Positions 60,565-64,000 of a DNA stretch of 64,000 nucleotides are shown here, in pieces (the stretch's first letter is position 1; each line of letters starts with the position of its first letter). The DNA is from Candidatus Dojkabacteria bacterium (GTDB lineage: Bacteria > Patescibacteriota > Dojkabacteria > B142 > OLB20), in NCBI GenBank assembly GCA_035444565.1, contig DAOMOX010000001.1, forward strand, positions 130,335 to 194,334, in the 5' to 3' direction. The notes under the pieces are model-generated. The model saw only the letters and a list, made by a program, of their open reading frames with translations, did not search any database and had not been told where the DNA came from. The translations under genes were made by a program, and so were the position numbers.

Positions 60565-60796
60565 TCTATTCAATTATGAAGAACAATAAAGTCTAATACC
60601 CAAATAAACGAGAGCTATTTATCCTCCGTAGTTTTACGAAGGAGGACAATCCCGCTTTGTGACTATTGACGACTTGTATAGAACGGATAGATTATAGCAG
60701 AATTTGGAGAAAAATATTAAGAGATTGAGAAATTTAGAAACGAAGTAACTCTTTAAGAGAACCTAAGAAATTATTTCTAATTATTAAAATTATTAA

Positions 60797-61164
60797 TGCC
60801 GCGGAGAGCCCAGGATTTAATCCGGGGGAATCCCGTACAAACTTCATTTCACTCGTTTTACGGGACAAGCCTCAAAGGGATTTCTCTCCCGCTAAACTTC
60901 GTTAGCGGGACAAGCCACCACCACCTTTGAAGAGATTAACTAAGTTGCTGCTGCGGAGAGGAGTTTTACTAGTAGTTGATGAACGTAGTGAATCTACTAC
61001 TAGTTATCCCTGCATATATCAGATTCCATTTAACTTTGTCAGGGAGAACCTCAAGTATCCTTAGCTAGTTGAATGATAAATGCTGCGGAGAGCCCCGGAT
61101 CTAATCCGGGGGAACCTCAATCATAATGTTCCCACCACCACCTCAATAAAGATAAACAAGTTGC
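60797..61164 (-). repeat. Three degenerate tandem tRNA-Leu-derived units (pseudo-tRNA fragments) with hairpin insertions.
   Basis: Each unit begins (T)TGCTGC(T)GCGGAGAG, like the tRNA-Leu 3' end. They retain AAGGGATTTCTC and CCACCACCACCT blocks homologous to the intact gene. Confidence 0.5.
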
Positions 61165-61248
61165 TGCTGAGGACAGGAGTTGAACCTGCAAGGGATTTCT
61201 CCCACTACCACCTCAAGGTAGCGTGTCTACCAATTTCACCACCCCAGC
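61165..61248 (-). tRNA. tRNA-Leu (anticodon GAG), class II with a long variable arm. 84 nt.
   Basis: GCTGGGGTGGTGAAATTGGTAGACACGCTACCTTGAGGTGGTAG...GCAGGTTCAACTCCTGTCCTCAGCA is close to E. coli tRNA-Leu architecture. Confidence 0.85.
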
Positions 61249-61371
61249 AGCAATTTGTTTATCCTATCGATTTTATTTACCCTTTGTAGCTTAAACGAAG
61301 AAAGGCCACCACAGCATTTAGTGCTTTAGACAACACCTATTTTATCAAATAATGTGGGAATTCGTTACTAT

Positions 61372-63060
61372 TTACTTCTTCTTCGTCAAATAGTACTCTA
61401 ACCTCTTACCGAAAAGTAGTCGAGTGTGGGCTTCGATACCAGGAAGGAAGACGATGAAAAAGGTGATGTATGGGAGGAAAACCCATTCGAGTAAAGTCAG
61501 AATCGTTTTCAAGAAACCTTTTCGATCACTTTTCGGCTTTACAAAGTAATAATCGGTGAGGATAAGTCCAATTAAAAACCAAACTGTAATTTGTATTATG
61601 AATCCTGAGACAGTTGGTAACCTACTCCCAAGAACAGTTCCGGCAAACTGGGGATTGATGAGATATGGTAAGTTTCCGCCTAGTACTAATATGAACGTAA
61701 CAACAACTCCAACAATATGATCGAAGAAGACATGAAGTGCCACATAAGCAGCTCTAAGTGAAATTTTGCCTTTTAAAGTAAGCTTGGCGACTTGCGAAAG
61801 CATCCAACCATCAATTGTTACACCCCATATCCAACGTCTTTGTTGAAAATAGTTATTCTTAATAGTTTCGGTGTGAGTTGAACCTTCGGCAGCATCTGAC
61901 ATTGTCTTCAGAAACAGAGGTACTGTGGAGACCTTGTTGGGAAATTTGAATAAACTTTTAAAGAAGATATGAAAGTCTTCTGGCGTAATCCAAGGTGTCC
62001 AGTATCCAATCTGGTCAATTAACCAGAATGACGCGGTGTAAGTTGAAAAAGGTACTAATTTATCTGGTCTCAACTGACCAGTCATGTTATATAGACTTGA
62101 GATAGAGTTTTTCACTCTAGCGTAGAACTTCAGTCTCCAGATATTAGAATAGAAAATGATAGCTCCAGTATAGAATTTGTAATGGGCGTCTTCTCGTAAT
62201 GAATATTCATATGATAATTTAGCAAAATGCTGCTTGTGGATAAGCGAATCAGCATCACAGCTCGTCATTGTAGTTTTTTTCATATCCCAACCGAGTTCTT
62301 TTATTTTTTCGACAGCAAACTTTCCCGCCCAAGCCATATTTGATGATTTCCCAATAATCTCATCATCTTGCATAACATGGCTACTAACCCAGAAATTTTC
62401 GAAATTGTCTCCGAATTCCTCTTTTAAACGATATGACTTCTGAATTCCTTCTTCATCCCGGGCTTCAGCTGCCATTAATACTGTGATTTGCTTCGTTGGA
62501 AAAGTAGACGCGCTAATTGCACGAACTGTGTCAGCTAGAACTTCGTAAGGTTCTTTCCAATGAGGAACCATGATAATATGGTGCAAATCTCGAGTATCGT
62601 TATGAATTCCCTGCTCTCTTAAAATCTCTAGATTTTCAATCTCTTTATTAATAAATCTTTCGGTTTTTCGTTTTTCAATTATGAATGCATACCTATCCAG
62701 GAACTTCGGAATTCTTTTGTTTTTGTGGAGCTTTTCTTTTTGGGATTCAAAAGTTGTATTTTGCACATCTACTAGTTCCAGTTTCAACCTCTCTATACCT
62801 GCTTCTGGATTGTGCAGATCGACAATCTTTTTCATCCAATCAATACCTTCTGTTGTACGAATTTTGATAACTGCCAAAGCTACCAAAATGAAATAGCTTA
62901 TAGATTTGTACAAAAAGTACACATTGAAAATAATAACTGCGTAAGCTGTGAAAACTGGAGCCGTCAAAGCTCCCAAGACTGGGCTAATTATTACTAGTAA
63001 AACTACTAAGGAAGGAATCTTTTCAATGAGTTTTTCACGTCTTGTGATTATTCGAGACAT
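61372..63060 (-). CDS. Processive family-2 membrane glycosyltransferase (cellulose/chitin-synthase-like).
   Basis: QQRRW (the QxxRW motif). N- and C-terminal TM bundles flank the cytosolic GT domain. Confidence 0.65.
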   Translation of the reverse strand: MSRIITRREKLIEKIPSLVVLLVIISPVLGALTAPVFTAYAVIIFNVYFLYKSISYFILVALAVIKIRTTEGIDWMKKIVDLHNPEAGIERLKLELVDVQNTTFESQKEKLHKNKRIPKFLDRYAFIIEKRKTERFINKEIENLEILREQGIHNDTRDLHHIIMVPHWKEPYEVLADTVRAISASTFPTKQITVLMAAEARDEEGIQKSYRLKEEFGDNFENFWVSSHVMQDDEIIGKSSNMAWAGKFAVEKIKELGWDMKKTTMTSCDADSLIHKQHFAKLSYEYSLREDAHYKFYTGAIIFYSNIWRLKFYARVKNSISSLYNMTGQLRPDKLVPFSTYTASFWLIDQIGYWTPWITPEDFHIFFKSLFKFPNKVSTVPLFLKTMSDAAEGSTHTETIKNNYFQQRRWIWGVTIDGWMLSQVAKLTLKGKISLRAAYVALHVFFDHIVGVVVTFILVLGGNLPYLINPQFAGTVLGSRLPTVSGFIIQITVWFLIGLILTDYYFVKPKSDRKGFLKTILTLLEWVFLPYITFFIVFLPGIEAHTRLLFGKRLEYYLTKKK

Positions 63061-64000
63061 TAGAAAATATTAAAAACAGCGTCCTGATAATCTATTACAA
63101 TCTTGTCCCAAAGGTAATTATGTGCAAGTTCGTAATTATTTTTCGAGAACTTATTTATCATTTTGGCATCTTTTGAAAGAAGTTCCAAATGCTTTGTAAG
63201 TGTTTTTACATCTTCGAAATCATAGAGCAATCCGTTATCTTTGTTTTTAATCAAAAACTTTCCACCCTCAGTTCTGGTTGACACTACTGCGCATTTCTTT
63301 GCCATTGCTTCCAAAATGCTTATTCCAAAAGCTTCCCAACGACTTGGCATTACAAATATTTTACTTGCGGTCAGTATCTCATCTCGGGTAATATCACTGG
63401 GGTTTTCTAGGAAAACCACATATTTCTCGACTTCTAGATTTTTTACAAGCGTTTTCAAATGCATCAAATATCCTCCCTCTCGTCCCATTGCAACAAATCT
63501 GATAGTCGGCTTAGTCTTGGCAAGCTTCGGTAATGCTTTAATCACCTGTTGGATACCTTTGTATTCTTCGAACCTGCCAGTGTATGAAATTATGAATCTT
63601 CGATTTAAGCCATAATCAGTTAATGCTCGGCTTGTCTTTATGGTCCTCAATGTGACTTCATTGATACCATTTGGTAAATATTTAATTTTCTCTTCATCGA
63701 TTCCGTAAGCTTTTATCCATCTATATTGATCAGGATTAACCTGAATAACCAATCTGTATAATCGATTTAAGAACAATCTTTGATTAAAAATATATAACTT
63801 TTTGAGTAAAATCTTAATTAATGAATAGTTCCCATGTGCCATAAATGGTCCATGTGGAGTATTTATCATCTTAGTTTTTCGATGGACGATTTTCTTAAGA
63901 ATCAAAAACAGATCCTGCCAATAAAAACCAAATCCATGAACATGAATCAAATTTGCTTTACTCCTCAAAAGTCCGAATAACATCCCTGGATAGAATCCCA
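63060..64000 (-). CDS. GT4 glycosyltransferase. The 5' end runs off the window edge (first Met at 63983, frame open beyond it).
   Basis: C-terminal GT4 region EAFGISILEAMAKKCAVVST. No in-frame stop between 63983 and 64000. Confidence 0.55.
   Translation of the reverse strand, partial: GFYPGMLFGLLRSKANLIHVHGFGFYWQDLFLILKKIVHRKTKMINTPHGPFMAHGNYSLIKILLKKLYIFNQRLFLNRLYRLVIQVNPDQYRWIKAYGIDEEKIKYLPNGINEVTLRTIKTSRALTDYGLNRRFIISYTGRFEEYKGIQQVIKALPKLAKTKPTIRFVAMGREGGYLMHLKTLVKNLEVEKYVVFLENPSDITRDEILTASKIFVMPSRWEAFGISILEAMAKKCAVVSTRTEGGKFLIKNKDNGLLYDFEDVKTLTKHLELLSKDAKMINKFSKNNYELAHNYLWDKIVIDYQDAVFNIF

Noticed and set aside
60622-60646. TCCTCC...GGAGGA hairpin next to the tRNA-Asp 5' fragment.
   Set aside because: Only a 6-bp stem with an irregular interior. 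It resembles an SD/anti-SD-like sequence and is not distinctive enough to call.
61080-61289. 69-aa + strand ORF.
   Set aside because: It overlaps tRNA-Leu and the pseudo-tRNA repeats on the opposite strand, so it is spurious.
1139-63615. Numerous 60-130-aa ORFs lying antisense within long genes (for example 1139-1369, 3868-4122, 8480-8665, 21775-22011, 22219-22500, 41436-42314, 62234-62997, 63241-63615).
   Set aside because: They are embedded in well-supported genes on the opposite strand. Their compositions are low-complexity or hydrophobic, typical of shadow ORFs in AT-rich DNA.
1-64000. Alternative genetic code (UGA or UAA reassignment) as the explanation for the in-frame stops.
   Set aside because: Almost all long conserved genes (typA, purA, purB, glnA, transketolase, helicase) are uninterrupted under the standard code. 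Recoding would fragment them.

Overview
This is a 64-kb window from an AT-rich (roughly 35% GC) bacterial chromosome, densely coded on both strands. Bacterial origin is supported by TypA/BipA, CspA, OmpR-type response regulators, a surface protein with an LPXTG-like sorting signal, classical rho-independent terminators and an E. coli-like class II tRNA-Leu. Recognisable housekeeping genes include glnA, purB-purA, typA, a DEAD-box helicase, a split transketolase (N- and C-terminal subunits), a guaC-like gene, upp, cspA, a SsuABC/NitT-type ABC transporter and two two-component systems. A large envelope-glycan cluster carries two ArnT/PMT-like GT-C enzymes, GT4 and GT2 enzymes, an FkbM methyltransferase and a sugar epimerase, and sits next to Thr/Pro-rich surface proteins. 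The most unusual content is RNA-level. Each of the three tRNA loci (Arg-UCU, Asp-GUC, Leu-GAG) is accompanied by partial, tandem or degenerate copies of the tRNA, by intron-like insertions placed at the anticodon loop, and by a shared family of about 30-nt 'CCCGTA...TACGGG' hairpins. The tRNA-Asp locus is a 126-nt tandem repeat of a '3' half plus hairpin' unit, bounded by a 16-nt inverted repeat. Three genes carry in-frame stop codons with clear downstream continuation: a geranylgeranyl-reductase-family oxidoreductase (TAA), an FGE/SUMF1-domain protein (TGA) and, weakly, a GT2. No CRISPR array, rRNA gene or obvious transposase was seen. Both window edges cut GT4 genes.
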